Source of the DNA: Bdellovibrionales bacterium
GTDB lineage: Bacteria; Bdellovibrionota; Bdellovibrionia; Bdellovibrionales; JAGQZY01
Direction: 5' to 3'
Assembly (NCBI GenBank): GCA_031426555.1
Contig: JANPLN010000031.1
Span: 1-64,000, forward strand
DNA length: 64,000 nt
How positions within the stretch are numbered: position 1 is the stretch's first letter; each line of letters starts with the position of its first letter. Below the pieces are notes generated by a model, which was not told where the DNA came from, ran no database searches, and saw only the letters and a list, made by a program, of their open reading frames with translations. The translations under genes and the position numbers were made by a program. Of the stretch, positions 29,693 to 39,599 are shown piece by piece.

Positions 29693-29938
29693 CTAGTCTT
29701 TGGTTTTTAACCGGCTGTCGTTTTCAGAAATGAATTTTTTAAGTTCGTCAGATATTCCCAACAACTTCAACCACTGCTCTTTGTACAAGGTCACAGGGAA
29801 ACGGCCCATGCCGTAAACGGACAAGGCGCCTTTTTCGCTGACTTTCATCGAAAGTGTACCAGCTGCTGGTTTCTTGCTTTTAAGAGCTTCGTTTTCAGCT
29901 CTCAATCTTTCTAATTCTACTTTCATATCTTCTGACAT
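29693..29938 (-). CDS. Small conserved hypothetical protein (coiled coil plus beta-hairpin)
   Basis: ELERLRAENEALK...KVSEKGALSVYGMGRFPVTLYKEQW. Confidence 0.8.
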   Translation of the reverse strand: MSEDMKVELERLRAENEALKSKKPAAGTLSMKVSEKGALSVYGMGRFPVTLYKEQWLKLLGISDELKKFISENDSRLKTKD

Positions 29939-30010
29939 TTTCACCACCTGTTTGGTCTGTATTCACAAAACCATTACCTATCACAACGAGTCCTTTTTCG
30001 GAAGGCTTAG

Positions 30011-30209
30011 TTATTCCGGCGAAGGAAAACGTTCAAACTCCGGAAGAGTATGAATGCCTGTCATCCATGAGAGCCTCTGGAAACATGGCCCAACCCACCA
30101 TGGGGGCGCCCGCGTGCCGACGACAATCGGTGCAGTGACAGAGCGCATGGTTGATGGGTTTACCCGTAACTTCGTACTGAACCGCACCACAATGACATTG
30201 CCCCTTCAT
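30011..30209 (-). pseudogene. GFA-family (glutathione-dependent formaldehyde-activating/CENP-V) gene with internal deletion
   Basis: MKGQCHCGAVQY..LCHCTDCRRHAGAPMVGWAMFPEA, then a different frame reads SWMTGIHTLPEFERFPSPE*; absent from the ORF track. Confidence 0.8.
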
Positions 30210-31423
30210 CGGCTCTCCTCTTTTAAAATAAATTCCGCAGCCATGCGCCCTGAACGCAAAGCGCCGTTGATGGAAGGCGATGCCCAGCGGTCTCCGCAGT
30301 GCACGATGCCATCCATAACTTTAAACCCTTGGGGTTCGTCTGTTATTTCAGGCAAGGCTCTTTGCACGAAAACACGTTCGATGAGTTCCAGCTTAAGTTC
30401 TTGCTTTGCAATTTGATTCATTTCCTTTTGAACCTGCGAAAGCGTTAACTTTTTATTGCCGATGATCGAAACACTGAGCAGCGGCTTTCCTTGTCCGTAG
30501 GTTTCAGCAACCGAAGTGAGTAAACAAAAATGATTAATCCCTAAACCTAACTTCTGGGGAACAAGAACCAACCATTTACCCCATGGCATTGTTTCTAAAT
30601 GCGGACTGGTAAAATAAATGGTTTCCACAGAATGATAAGCGGAGTTTTGCAAGTTTCCCAAGGTCGATGTAGAGGTATCAAACGCGCAGACAACTTTTTT
30701 AGCTTTTAACTTTTGCCCATCGCCAAGAATAACTTCAGTGGCCGTCCACGACTTTGCAGATTGCCCTAGTAAAATCGATTCTTTTGGCAAGTCGGCCGCT
30801 ATCAGGCGTGGCAATGCCATCATCCCGTGAGCTGGAATCGTTACATTGCCCGAGGCAAAGCAGCGTAGCAAAAATTTAAAAAAATTCTGCCCCATGCTGA
30901 GTTCAGAATCCAAATACACACCTGCTAAGAAAGGTCGCCAAAAAAGTTCGATGAAGTTTTCACTAAAGCCAAATTCTTGCAGGAATCCGAATGTCGTTTT
31001 GTTTCCAAGCGGAAAATCGCTTGTTTGAGATTGCACGATGACCAGCAGTTTAAGCACCAAAAATTTGTCCATTGCCGTAATATATTTTTGAAAAGCGGTC
31101 GAGACCAAGTGTTCAGGATGGACCACAGGGTTGGCTAAAAGATCCAAGCCTTCACCGTTGTAAATCAGTGCTCCGGAATTAAACTTTTTTAAATCGAGCT
31201 TCGTCAAATCTACAAAATTTTTAAGCTCGGGATAGGAGTTTAAAAGGACTTGAAAACCTTTGTCGATGATAAAACCGGATTCGGTGGTGTGACTTTGAAC
31301 ACGCCCCCCAACGGCGCTTTGGGGCTCAATGAGCAGCGACTGGATCCCGCTTTTTTGCAGAGTGCGCGCGCAAGCGAGGCCGGAGAGCCCAGCACCTAGA
31401 ATGATGACGTTGTGATTTTCCAT
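30206..31423 (-). CDS. FAD-dependent oxidoreductase (amine oxidase/protoporphyrinogen oxidase-like)
   Basis: ILGAGLSGL, VGGRV, DKGFQVL, CGD..SINGALRSGR. Confidence 0.88.
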   Translation of the reverse strand: MENHNVIILGAGLSGLACARTLQKSGIQSLLIEPQSAVGGRVQSHTTESGFIIDKGFQVLLNSYPELKNFVDLTKLDLKKFNSGALIYNGEGLDLLANPVVHPEHLVSTAFQKYITAMDKFLVLKLLVIVQSQTSDFPLGNKTTFGFLQEFGFSENFIELFWRPFLAGVYLDSELSMGQNFFKFLLRCFASGNVTIPAHGMMALPRLIAADLPKESILLGQSAKSWTATEVILGDGQKLKAKKVVCAFDTSTSTLGNLQNSAYHSVETIYFTSPHLETMPWGKWLVLVPQKLGLGINHFCLLTSVAETYGQGKPLLSVSIIGNKKLTLSQVQKEMNQIAKQELKLELIERVFVQRALPEITDEPQGFKVMDGIVHCGDRWASPSINGALRSGRMAAEFILKEESR

Positions 31424-31432
31424 AAAGGCCCT

Positions 31433-31534
31433 TTACATTTTTTTTCCGAATTCGAGACGGAAAAAAATATAGGAACCTGTCATAAAAATCACAAAAACGA
31501 TAAGTCCTGCGAATAAGATAAACTCTTTACTCAT
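31433..31534 (-). CDS. 33-aa single-TM microprotein
   Basis: MSKEFILFAGLIVFVIFMTGSYIFFRLEFGKKM; overlaps the upstream stop and exactly fills the operon gap. Confidence 0.6.
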   Translation of the reverse strand: MSKEFILFAGLIVFVIFMTGSYIFFRLEFGKKM

Positions 31535-31736
31535 TGTAACCTACAAGCATCAGCGATCCCGCAGACAAAATGGATGGAACCCATATCCCTACGAATATGC
31601 CATTTTGCGTGTCGCCTGAATAAAAAAGAAAAATAGAAAAGACCATAGAGAGAAAAGCCGCCAAAAAAATAAGACTCTTCGCCAATCTTACCTGCTTAAT
31701 TTTTTCGCTAGTTATTTCTTTATTAATTTGTTTCAC
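31527..31736 (-). CDS. Small two-TM membrane protein
   Basis: AAGGAG RBS plus GTG; GIFVGIWVPSILS. Confidence 0.7.
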   Translation of the reverse strand: MKQINKEITSEKIKQVRLAKSLIFLAAFLSMVFSIFLFYSGDTQNGIFVGIWVPSILSAGSLMLVGYNE

Positions 31737-31810
31737 AGATTCTCCTTGAAAAGAAGCGCACCATAGCGCTGGGCTGTGAGCCTCACTTTAATTGTTTAAT
31801 AGAGTCGTGT

Positions 31811-32536
31811 CTAACTTATTCTTTTCGAGATATCCTTTAAAATGTAACTACGAGTAAACCATTTGCTATCTGCAGGTACCACGGTCCACGGACTGTCCGA
31901 GGTGGAAGTTCGCTTGGTCATTTCTTTAAACGCCTTTTGATAGGCATCCCACTTTTTGCGATTTCGGTAATCCTCATCCGTCATTTTCCAAGACTTCAGC
32001 GGATCCTGCTCGCGTTCTTTAAAACGGCGACCTTGCTCCTGATAAGAAAGATCCAACAGATATTTTAAAACAAGGACGCCGTCGTCAGATAACATTTTTT
32101 CCAAATTATTGATTTCGCTGTAGGCACGTTTCCATTGGTCCGCTTTGGCGAGCCCCTCAACCCGCTCCACTAATACCCGCCCGTACCAACTGCGATCGAA
32201 TACACAAATTTCCCCGGCATTCGGTAAGCGAGCAAAAAAACGCTGTAAATAGTGTTGTGCCAATTCGTCGCTCGTAGGCTTGCCAATCCCGTAGACATGG
32301 AATGTCCGTGGGTCTAAATACTGCGCCATTCGACGAACCAAGCCACCCTTGCCCGCCGTATCACATCCTTCAAGAACAATGATTACTTTTCTTTTGGTGC
32401 GAAATATTTCTTGTTGGCTTTTTAACAAAGCCGTCTGCGCTTTTAAAAGTTCGCTTTCGTATTGTGATTTGTCGGCAAAAAACTGCGTCGCTCGTTTTTG
32501 CGCGGCCGCCGAAGATTGACATATAACTTTAGCCAT
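31811..32536 (-). CDS. ppk2: Polyphosphate kinase 2 family
   Basis: EGCDTAGKGG, FDRSWYGRVLVERVEG, WKMTDED. Confidence 0.92.
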   Translation of the reverse strand: MAKVICQSSAAAQKRATQFFADKSQYESELLKAQTALLKSQQEIFRTKRKVIIVLEGCDTAGKGGLVRRMAQYLDPRTFHVYGIGKPTSDELAQHYLQRFFARLPNAGEICVFDRSWYGRVLVERVEGLAKADQWKRAYSEINNLEKMLSDDGVLVLKYLLDLSYQEQGRRFKEREQDPLKSWKMTDEDYRNRKKWDAYQKAFKEMTKRTSTSDSPWTVVPADSKWFTRSYILKDISKRIS

Positions 32537-32732
32537 TAAAACATCCTTACTGTCTCATAAACAGCCGAATGTACCGCAGGCGCTAGATGGGTTCAACCGT
32601 TTGCAGATTAAAATGGCATTGACGCTTTTAATACTCTCCACAGCCACGGCCATACAGCACTCGCTCGATCTACCCTGCCATCGCTGGCAATCTCCAGAAG
32701 TGCGCCCCTGCGAGTCATCGACGATCAAAATT

Positions 32733-33056
32733 TTAAAATTTAACTTTAAATAAAGCTTCGAGAATGGGGATCAGTTGTTTTCCCTTTTTGGTGAGTTTAT
32801 AGGTGAAACTTTCGTTGCCTTCGATTTTTTCGATCAGGCCATCGTTGAGCAGATCCCGAAGACGAAGCGCGATCATTCTTTCTGTGGCGATGGGCACTGA
32901 CTTTCGGATTTGCCCGAACCGCTGCGGCCCTTTGCGCAAAAACCATAAGATATGACTCCGCCAACGCGCCGAAATCAATTGTGTGGCCGCATAAATAGGA
33001 CAATCGATGAGGACCTTTTCTTCATTGAGATAATTGGTAGAAGTTTTTTTTCGCAT
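32733..33056 (-). CDS. HxlR-family transcriptional regulator
   Basis: CPI.....ISARW...ILWFL..GPQRF...YKLT.KG; divergent from ohr. Confidence 0.85.
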   Translation of the reverse strand: MRKKTSTNYLNEEKVLIDCPIYAATQLISARWRSHILWFLRKGPQRFGQIRKSVPIATERMIALRLRDLLNDGLIEKIEGNESFTYKLTKKGKQLIPILEALFKVKF

Positions 33057-33180
33057 AAAAATCTCCTTATGATTCATGATATCTGATCCTGATTTCCTAG
33101 TGCACTTACAATTTAAACAGTACTTACATTTTTTTCAGAAAGAACCGAAAATATTCTAAACAAATACAAAAGGAGATTTT

Positions 33181-33597
33181 ATGAAAAAACTCTATACAGC
33201 CGAAGTTATAGCCATCAGCGGCCGAGACGGATCTGTTCAATCCAACGATGATAAGTTGTCCGCTCGTCTCACCTTTCCGAAAGAGATGGGGGGCACGGGC
33301 CAAGGCACCAACCCTGAACAATTGTTTGCCGCGGGGCACGCCGCCTGTTTTGGTTCTTCATTATCTCACGTCGCTAAAAGTCAAAATCAACCCGTCTCGG
33401 ATGTCCGTGTTAAGGGGCTAGTGAGCGTTTTCGCAGCTGATGACGGCGGATTTGATCTCGAAGTTGTACTCGAAGTTTCTGCCAAGGGCCAGGATCGCCA
33501 AACAATGCTGGAGCTCATCGAAAAGGCAAAAAATGTTTGCGCCTACTCGCGCTCCACAAAAGGAATGGTGAGATCTACCGTTAACTACAAAGAATAA
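33181..33597 (+). CDS. ohr: Organic hydroperoxide resistance protein
   Basis: GGTGQGTNPEQLFAAGHAACF, VCAYS. Confidence 0.9.
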   Translation: MKKLYTAEVIAISGRDGSVQSNDDKLSARLTFPKEMGGTGQGTNPEQLFAAGHAACFGSSLSHVAKSQNQPVSDVRVKGLVSVFAADDGGFDLEVVLEVSAKGQDRQTMLELIEKAKNVCAYSRSTKGMVRSTVNYKE

Positions 33598-33694
33598 ATT
33601 GGAATTGAAGGAACTAACAAAATTATAATTTGGCGCAGTGGTGATGTTTTGATAATGTCACCTTAACTTTAATTCTTTAAAAAAAGGGTTCATT

Positions 33695-34765
33695 ATGAAT
33701 AACAACCATATTCTTTCTCCCGTCCAACTTGGCTCACTACAACTTGCGAATCGAGTTGTGATGGCTCCCCTCACTCGCAGTCGTACCGAACAGAACCATG
33801 TTCCCAATTCCATGATGGCTGAGTATTATTCCCAGCGCGCCACGGCGGGCCTGATCATTGCCGAGGCCACCATTGTGATGAAAGGCAATTCTGCCTTTAT
33901 CGCGGAGCCCGGTATTTATTCCAGCGAGCAAGTGACTGGCTGGAAAAAAGTGACGGAGGCCGTTCACGCTAAAGGCGGAAAGATATTTTTGCAACTATGG
34001 CACGGCGGACGCGCCTCTCATCCCAATCTAAATCAAGGACAGGAAACCGTGGCGCCCTCAGCTATTGCGGTGGAGGGCGACATCTTTACTCCGCAAGGAA
34101 AAGTGCCCCATGTCACACCTCGGGCCCTGAAAGACGAAGAAATTCCGGGAATCATCGAGGGCTTTCGTAAAGCCGCACAAAACGCCAAAGACGCGGGCTT
34201 TGACGGCGTTGAAGTGCACGGCGCCAACGGTTACTTGCTCGATCAGTTTCTGCGCGATTCCTCCAACAAACGACAAGGTCCTTACGGTGGCTCCTTACAA
34301 AATCGGGCGCAGTTATTACTGCAAGTGACCGACGCTGTCATTGCAGTTTGGGGTGCGGACCGCGTCGGCGTTCGCATTTCGCCGCTCAATAGCTACAACA
34401 GCATGAAAGACTCGGATCCCGTGGGACTCACTCTGTATGTGGCGCAACAACTCAATCGCAAAAAAATTGCCTATTTGCATCTGATGCGCGCCGATTTCCT
34501 TGGCCTCCAACAGGGCGATGTGGTCACTCCGGCCCGAGAGGGTTTCCAAGGAGTGCTTATCGGAAATATGGGCTACACCCCTGTCGAAGCCCACGAGGCC
34601 ATTGGTAAGAAACTTCTGGATGCAGTGGCCTTTGGACATCACTACGTGAGCAATCCCGATTTGGTGGCGTGTATCGAAAAAAATCTACCCTTCGTAGAGC
34701 CCGACGCTTCCACCTTTTACACCCCGGGCGCAAAGGGTTACACCGACTACCCAGTGCAAACATAA
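33695..34765 (+). CDS. Old yellow enzyme/alkene reductase (NemA-like)
   Basis: MAPLTRSR, QLWHGGR, EVHGANGYLLDQF, GYTDYP. Confidence 0.93.
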   Translation: MNNNHILSPVQLGSLQLANRVVMAPLTRSRTEQNHVPNSMMAEYYSQRATAGLIIAEATIVMKGNSAFIAEPGIYSSEQVTGWKKVTEAVHAKGGKIFLQLWHGGRASHPNLNQGQETVAPSAIAVEGDIFTPQGKVPHVTPRALKDEEIPGIIEGFRKAAQNAKDAGFDGVEVHGANGYLLDQFLRDSSNKRQGPYGGSLQNRAQLLLQVTDAVIAVWGADRVGVRISPLNSYNSMKDSDPVGLTLYVAQQLNRKKIAYLHLMRADFLGLQQGDVVTPAREGFQGVLIGNMGYTPVEAHEAIGKKLLDAVAFGHHYVSNPDLVACIEKNLPFVEPDASTFYTPGAKGYTDYPVQT

Positions 34766-34815
34766 AAGCCTAAAAAACTAGAGACATCTTTCCGTCAAAA
34801 AGCTAATGTCGCTGC

Positions 34816-36648
34816 ATGAATCTCCTGCAGCTCAATAACGGCTATAAACAGTACGGCACAAAAGTTCTTTTTGACGACGCCCGCTTCGCTATTAACGAAA
34901 GCGAGCACGTAGGGGTCATCGGTCCCAACGGCGCTGGCAAAACCACGCTGTTTAAAATCATCGTCAACCAGATTTCCCTGGATTCAGGGGATCTGGTCAA
35001 ATCGCAGCGGTTAAACATCGGCTACTTGGAGCAAGAGGCCCACGAGCCCTTAGATATTTCAGCGGAAGAGTATTTACAAACAACCTGCACAAAACCCCTC
35101 TGGGAACTTCAACAACTTGGCACGGAATTGGGCCTTTTGGACAGTCACTTCGCTGTGCCCTTTCATAAGCTGAGCGGTGGCTATCGAATGCGCATGAAGC
35201 TTTTGTCGCTCATCGGTCGCGAGCCTAACTTGATGTTGCTGGATGAACCCACAAACTTTTTGGATTTAGAAAGTATCTTAGCGCTAGAAAAATTTCTACA
35301 GCGCTATGAGGGCGCCTTCATGCTCATTTCCCACGATCGCGAGTTTCTTCGCCGCGTGACCGATCACACCTTGGAGGTTGAAGGCGGCGAGATCACAAAA
35401 TTTCCCGGTCACATCGACGACTACTTTGAGCAAAAGGCCCAATTGCGCACGATCCTTGAAGCACAAGCTGCCAATCAAGAAGCCAAACGCAAACATTTGC
35501 AAGATTTTGTCGATCGCTTTGGAGCGAAAGCCACCAAAGCGCGCCAGGCACAAAGCCGCGTGAAGCAACTTGATAAAATGCAAAAGATTGAAATAAAAGA
35601 TCTACAATTGCGTGCGCGAATCAAAATTCCACCACCTCTTTCCACAGGCAAAGAAATCCTCAACATGCGAGGAGCCTCTCTTGGTTATCCCGAAAAAACC
35701 ATCATTGCCGGTTGCGAAGTCCGCCTGGAACGAGGCGTGCACCTTGGTGTCGTCGGATTCAATGGCGCCGGAAAATCAACTTTTCTTAAATCCTTAGCGG
35801 GGCGCTTGCCTTTGTTAAAGGGAGAACTGCAACTGGGTCACAATGTAAGTTTGTCGTATTACGCCCAGCACGTCAGTGAGGAGCTGGATCCTAAAGAAAC
35901 TGTACTGCAAAGTCTTCAGCGGGTGGCCAATCACGACATTCCTACGCAGGACGTTCTCAATATCGCGGGCTCTCTGCTTTTTGCAGGCGAAGCCGTTCAA
36001 AAGAAAGTGGCTGTTCTCTCTGGTGGTGAAAAATCCCGTGTGGCCTTGGGGCAAATTCTCTTACAACGAAGTCCGCTGATTCTGCTCGATGAGCCTACCA
36101 ACCACTTGGATTTTGACACCGTTGAGGCCCTCACCGAGGCGCTAAAGAATTATCCAGGAACCGTGGTTGTGGTGAGCCATGATCGCAATTTTATTGGTCG
36201 CGTGGCTACAAAGATTTTGGAAATCCGCGACGGCCGCGCCGAAATCTACCCCGGCACTTACGATGATTATTTATGGAGTCTTGAAAAAGGTTCGCTGAAG
36301 GATCGCTTCGCGACTTCCGCTCCGACAGTGACCACTGCAACAGCAACGACAACAGCGGTAGAAAAAATTCCGCAGTCCAATCCCGAAAAAAACAGTACCT
36401 GGGCAGATAACAAAAAATTAAAAGAGGAAATCAAAGATCTTCAACGGCATATCAAAAAAGGCGAAGAGACTCTCCAGAAGCAAACGCAAAAATTGAGTCT
36501 ACTCAGCGAAGAGCTTTTATCTGCAAAGGGCCCTCGCGCTGCGGAGCTCTCAAAGGAGCTCAACTCCTGCGCCCAGCAAATTCAAACGCTCGAAGAGAAT
36601 CTTATGAACCAAATGGAACGCCTAGCGACCATCGACGGCTCGAACTAA
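34816..36648 (+). CDS. ABC-F family ATPase
   Basis: Two NBDs (GPNGAGKT, LSGG, LDEPTN), FVDRF linker, no TM segments. Confidence 0.93.
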   Translation: MNLLQLNNGYKQYGTKVLFDDARFAINESEHVGVIGPNGAGKTTLFKIIVNQISLDSGDLVKSQRLNIGYLEQEAHEPLDISAEEYLQTTCTKPLWELQQLGTELGLLDSHFAVPFHKLSGGYRMRMKLLSLIGREPNLMLLDEPTNFLDLESILALEKFLQRYEGAFMLISHDREFLRRVTDHTLEVEGGEITKFPGHIDDYFEQKAQLRTILEAQAANQEAKRKHLQDFVDRFGAKATKARQAQSRVKQLDKMQKIEIKDLQLRARIKIPPPLSTGKEILNMRGASLGYPEKTIIAGCEVRLERGVHLGVVGFNGAGKSTFLKSLAGRLPLLKGELQLGHNVSLSYYAQHVSEELDPKETVLQSLQRVANHDIPTQDVLNIAGSLLFAGEAVQKKVAVLSGGEKSRVALGQILLQRSPLILLDEPTNHLDFDTVEALTEALKNYPGTVVVVSHDRNFIGRVATKILEIRDGRAEIYPGTYDDYLWSLEKGSLKDRFATSAPTVTTATATTTAVEKIPQSNPEKNSTWADNKKLKEEIKDLQRHIKKGEETLQKQTQKLSLLSEELLSAKGPRAAELSKELNSCAQQIQTLEENLMNQMERLATIDGSN

Positions 36649-37040
36649 CCGGCAACGCTGAAGGTGATGAGGGCACTCATCACCAGCATTAAACCCGCAG
36701 GCATAGATTTCATAAGCGGATCGCCCACTTTGAAGTGCATGGCGAGCGCCCCAATCATCAACAGGGCGACCAATGTGGCCGCCGGGAGCACCAGTGCAGG
36801 AAACCAAACGCCTGCCAACAATGCCAAGGCGGAGCCGATTTTTAGGGCACCGATTAAATAAACAAACCAGTCTGGCAAGCCGTAGGCTGCAAACTCTTCT
36901 TTAAGATTCTTGGCATTTTTTCCGCGGTATTCAGTGCTTTTGTTAAAGCGCAAAAGCCATACGTTCAAAAGCCCCAGAGCAACGATTATTTGAAAGACAA
37001 TTTGTAAAACAGACGCAAACGAATTCATTAGTAACCTCAT
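36645..37040 (-). CDS. DoxX-family membrane protein
   Basis: LNVWLLR..YRG..EEFAAYGLP..GALKI..MHFKVGDP. Confidence 0.8.
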   Translation of the reverse strand: MRLLMNSFASVLQIVFQIIVALGLLNVWLLRFNKSTEYRGKNAKNLKEEFAAYGLPDWFVYLIGALKIGSALALLAGVWFPALVLPAATLVALLMIGALAMHFKVGDPLMKSMPAGLMLVMSALITFSVAG

Positions 37041-37093
37041 TCTAAAAATATTTATTGTATAGCCCTTGTCGCCATATCATGGTCTAAACACCT

Positions 37094-37459
37094 ATGGCCA
37101 TCACTGCACTTTTTCTATCTTATAGCACCCAGTGGACCCTCATCATATCTTTTTTGATCTACGGAGCAAGCTGTTTAGTTTCGGAAAAAAATAGACAGGA
37201 ATTCGAACGCTATCAAATGCTCCGCTTTCGAAAAGTTGTTGGCCTTCTGCAGTTGGCGGCTTGCGTAGGACTTTTGTTAGGATTTTATTTGCCTTGGTTA
37301 GTTCCCCTCACGGCACTGGGACTTACCGCCATGATGTTTGGCGCTGTTCTTGTTAGGCTACGCATCAAAGATAATGCACTACAGACCGCACCGGCTTTAT
37401 TTTATTTTCTGTTGAGTTTATTCTTATTGCTGCACTCGTTTACACTACAGCTACATTAA
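37094..37459 (+). CDS. DoxX-like membrane protein
   Basis: EFERY..VGLLQL..MMFGAV.VR.RIKD. Confidence 0.75.
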   Translation: MAITALFLSYSTQWTLIISFLIYGASCLVSEKNRQEFERYQMLRFRKVVGLLQLAACVGLLLGFYLPWLVPLTALGLTAMMFGAVLVRLRIKDNALQTAPALFYFLLSLFLLLHSFTLQLH

Positions 37460-38147
37460 AAAGCATGCCGATGCCGGCTGTTGCCAACATTGCGAGAGCA
37501 CCCCAAAATCCAACGCGAAAAGCACCGATCCAAACATTCGCGCCACCCACTCGGGCTGCTAAAATACCAAGGCCCACCAAAAAACTCAGAGAGGCCACTG
37601 AAACATAAAGCACAAGATTTTCCTCCGGGCACAACAGCACCATGAGGAGTGGGAGCGTTGCACCCACCGCAAAGCTCACCGCAGACATTAGCGCGGCTTG
37701 TGCCGGGCGAGCTGCCGACGTATCTGTGATTCCCAGCTCATCGCGAGCATGGCTTCCCAGCGCGTCGTGCTCCATCAATTGAAAAGCCACCTGGCGAGCC
37801 AATGTCGCGTCGAGCCCTCGCTCCATATAAATTTGCGCGAGCTCTTCGCGCTCATGCTCCAAATTCGTTGCTAGCTCTTTGGCTTCGCGCCTCAGATCAG
37901 CGCGCTCCGTATCTGCTTGTGAGCTCACCGACACATACTCACCGGCGGCCATGGACATGGCGCCTGCGACCAGCCCCGCCACACCGCTCACAATAATTTG
38001 CTGATGGGTGGAATGGGCCGCAGCAATTCCAACAATCAGGCTGGCCGTGGACACAATCCCATCATTGGCGCCAAGCACCGCTGCGCGCATCCACCCAATT
38101 CTTTCGGATTTGTGGCCTTCTTTGTGTTTTCGCAGGGCGAGATTCAT
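37440..38147 (-). CDS. VIT1/CCC1 family Fe/Mn transporter
   Basis: RAAVLGANDGIVS, AGAMSMAAGEYVSV, HARDELG. Confidence 0.93.
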   Translation of the reverse strand: MNLALRKHKEGHKSERIGWMRAAVLGANDGIVSTASLIVGIAAAHSTHQQIIVSGVAGLVAGAMSMAAGEYVSVSSQADTERADLRREAKELATNLEHEREELAQIYMERGLDATLARQVAFQLMEHDALGSHARDELGITDTSAARPAQAALMSAVSFAVGATLPLLMVLLCPEENLVLYVSVASLSFLVGLGILAARVGGANVWIGAFRVGFWGALAMLATAGIGMLFNVAVV

Positions 38148-38214
38148 ACAGATTCCTTATCTTGAAAGCATGATAACAGTCGTTAAAATAAAATCAATGT
38201 GCTAAGAATTATTA

Positions 38215-38631
38215 ATGTCCAAGTATTCACCCGGTCAAAAAGTAGAACTCAAGATCCTTCGCGCCACTCCTCTCGGATTTGTGGCACTGATCAATGGAGA
38301 AGATGAAGGTCTTCTTTATCATAACGAAATCTTCGAAGTTCTGGAACCCGGCGATGAATTGCCTGGTTATTTTAAAACCGTTCGATCGAACGGCGCCATC
38401 GACCTCTTGTTGCAACCACTGGGGCACCATGGCGCTGAGGAATTAGGTCAACGTGTTCTAGAGGCTTTAAAAAAAAACAAAGGCTTTTTGCCACTCACAA
38501 GCAAAACCCACGCCGAAGAAATTTACCATCTTTTTGGAGTCAGCAAAAAGAAATTTAAAATGGCCATCGGTGGGTTATATAAAAAGAAACTTATAACCAT
38601 CGCCGACGATGGAATTTTTCTCGTTCCGTGA
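38215..38631 (+). CDS. Short CvfB-like S1 plus winged-helix RNA-binding protein
   Basis: GLLYHNE, FGVSKKKFKMAIGGLYKK. Confidence 0.8.
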   Translation: MSKYSPGQKVELKILRATPLGFVALINGEDEGLLYHNEIFEVLEPGDELPGYFKTVRSNGAIDLLLQPLGHHGAEELGQRVLEALKKNKGFLPLTSKTHAEEIYHLFGVSKKKFKMAIGGLYKKKLITIADDGIFLVP

Positions 38632-39560
38632 TGTTAAATTCTTCGTCACTGAAATCCGAGCCTCCATTTCAGCCCGTTATTCTTGTTACAGGTTGCGCCT
38701 CTGGTATCGGCTTGGCTCTTACTGAGATGCTCTACAAGCTGCCGCTTTATCGTGTCGTGGCAACTGCGCGTCCCCACTCACTGGCGCGCCTGCGCGAGAA
38801 ATTTCCAGAGTCAGATAGATTTTGGATTCGCCCTCTGGACGTGACTGTTGAAACCGAAAGAAACCTTTTAATTTCAGAGATCAACGAAAAATGGCAAGGC
38901 GTGAATGTTCTGATCAACAATGCCGGAGTCAGTTACCGAGCCGTCGTCGAACACATGAGCGTGGCCGAAGAGCAGCATCAGTTCGAGACAAACTATTTTG
39001 GCCCGGTGGGATTGATCCGAGCTGTTTTACCAAACATGCGAAGGCTTGGACGCGGAAAAATTATCAATGTGTCTTCGGTGAGCGGGATGCTCGCCATGCC
39101 AACCATGGGCTCTTACAGTGCTTCTAAATATGCTCTCGAGGGAATCAGCGAAGCTCTGTGGTACGAGGTCAGACCGCTCGGAATCAACGTCAGCTTGATT
39201 CAGCCCGGATTTGTAAAATCCAAATCTTTTTTAAATGTGCAGTACTCGCGCCAATCGGGACCCGAGCACGGTATCGATGGTCTGTATGCCGACTATTATG
39301 CTCACATGACACCGTTTATCGAACGACTGATGAATTTAAGTTTTACGACCCCCGAAGCTGTGGCGCGGAAAATTTTAAAAACTATTCAGCAAAAAAATCC
39401 ACCGCTATGGATTCCCGCTACGTTGGATGCAAAAATTTTCTATTACCTGCGTCGCTTCGTTCCGCGCAGGATCTTACTTGAGCTGCTGTTTGCAACCCTT
39501 CCCGGAGTACGGCGATGGGCTAAAGCCTACACCCAACGCAAAAAACGCTCCGCTAAATAG
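38628..39560 (+). CDS. SDR family oxidoreductase
   Basis: TGCASGIG, NNAG, YSASK. Confidence 0.92.
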   Translation: MMLNSSSLKSEPPFQPVILVTGCASGIGLALTEMLYKLPLYRVVATARPHSLARLREKFPESDRFWIRPLDVTVETERNLLISEINEKWQGVNVLINNAGVSYRAVVEHMSVAEEQHQFETNYFGPVGLIRAVLPNMRRLGRGKIINVSSVSGMLAMPTMGSYSASKYALEGISEALWYEVRPLGINVSLIQPGFVKSKSFLNVQYSRQSGPEHGIDGLYADYYAHMTPFIERLMNLSFTTPEAVARKILKTIQQKNPPLWIPATLDAKIFYYLRRFVPRRILLELLFATLPGVRRWAKAYTQRKKRSAK

Positions 39561-39599
39561 TTCTTAATTTTTACCAAAGTCCGTGATAGCGTTTTGCCC

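Noticed and set aside
33104..33128. ACTTACA direct repeat as HxlR operator
   Set aside because: Plausible position, but too short to support without comparative data.
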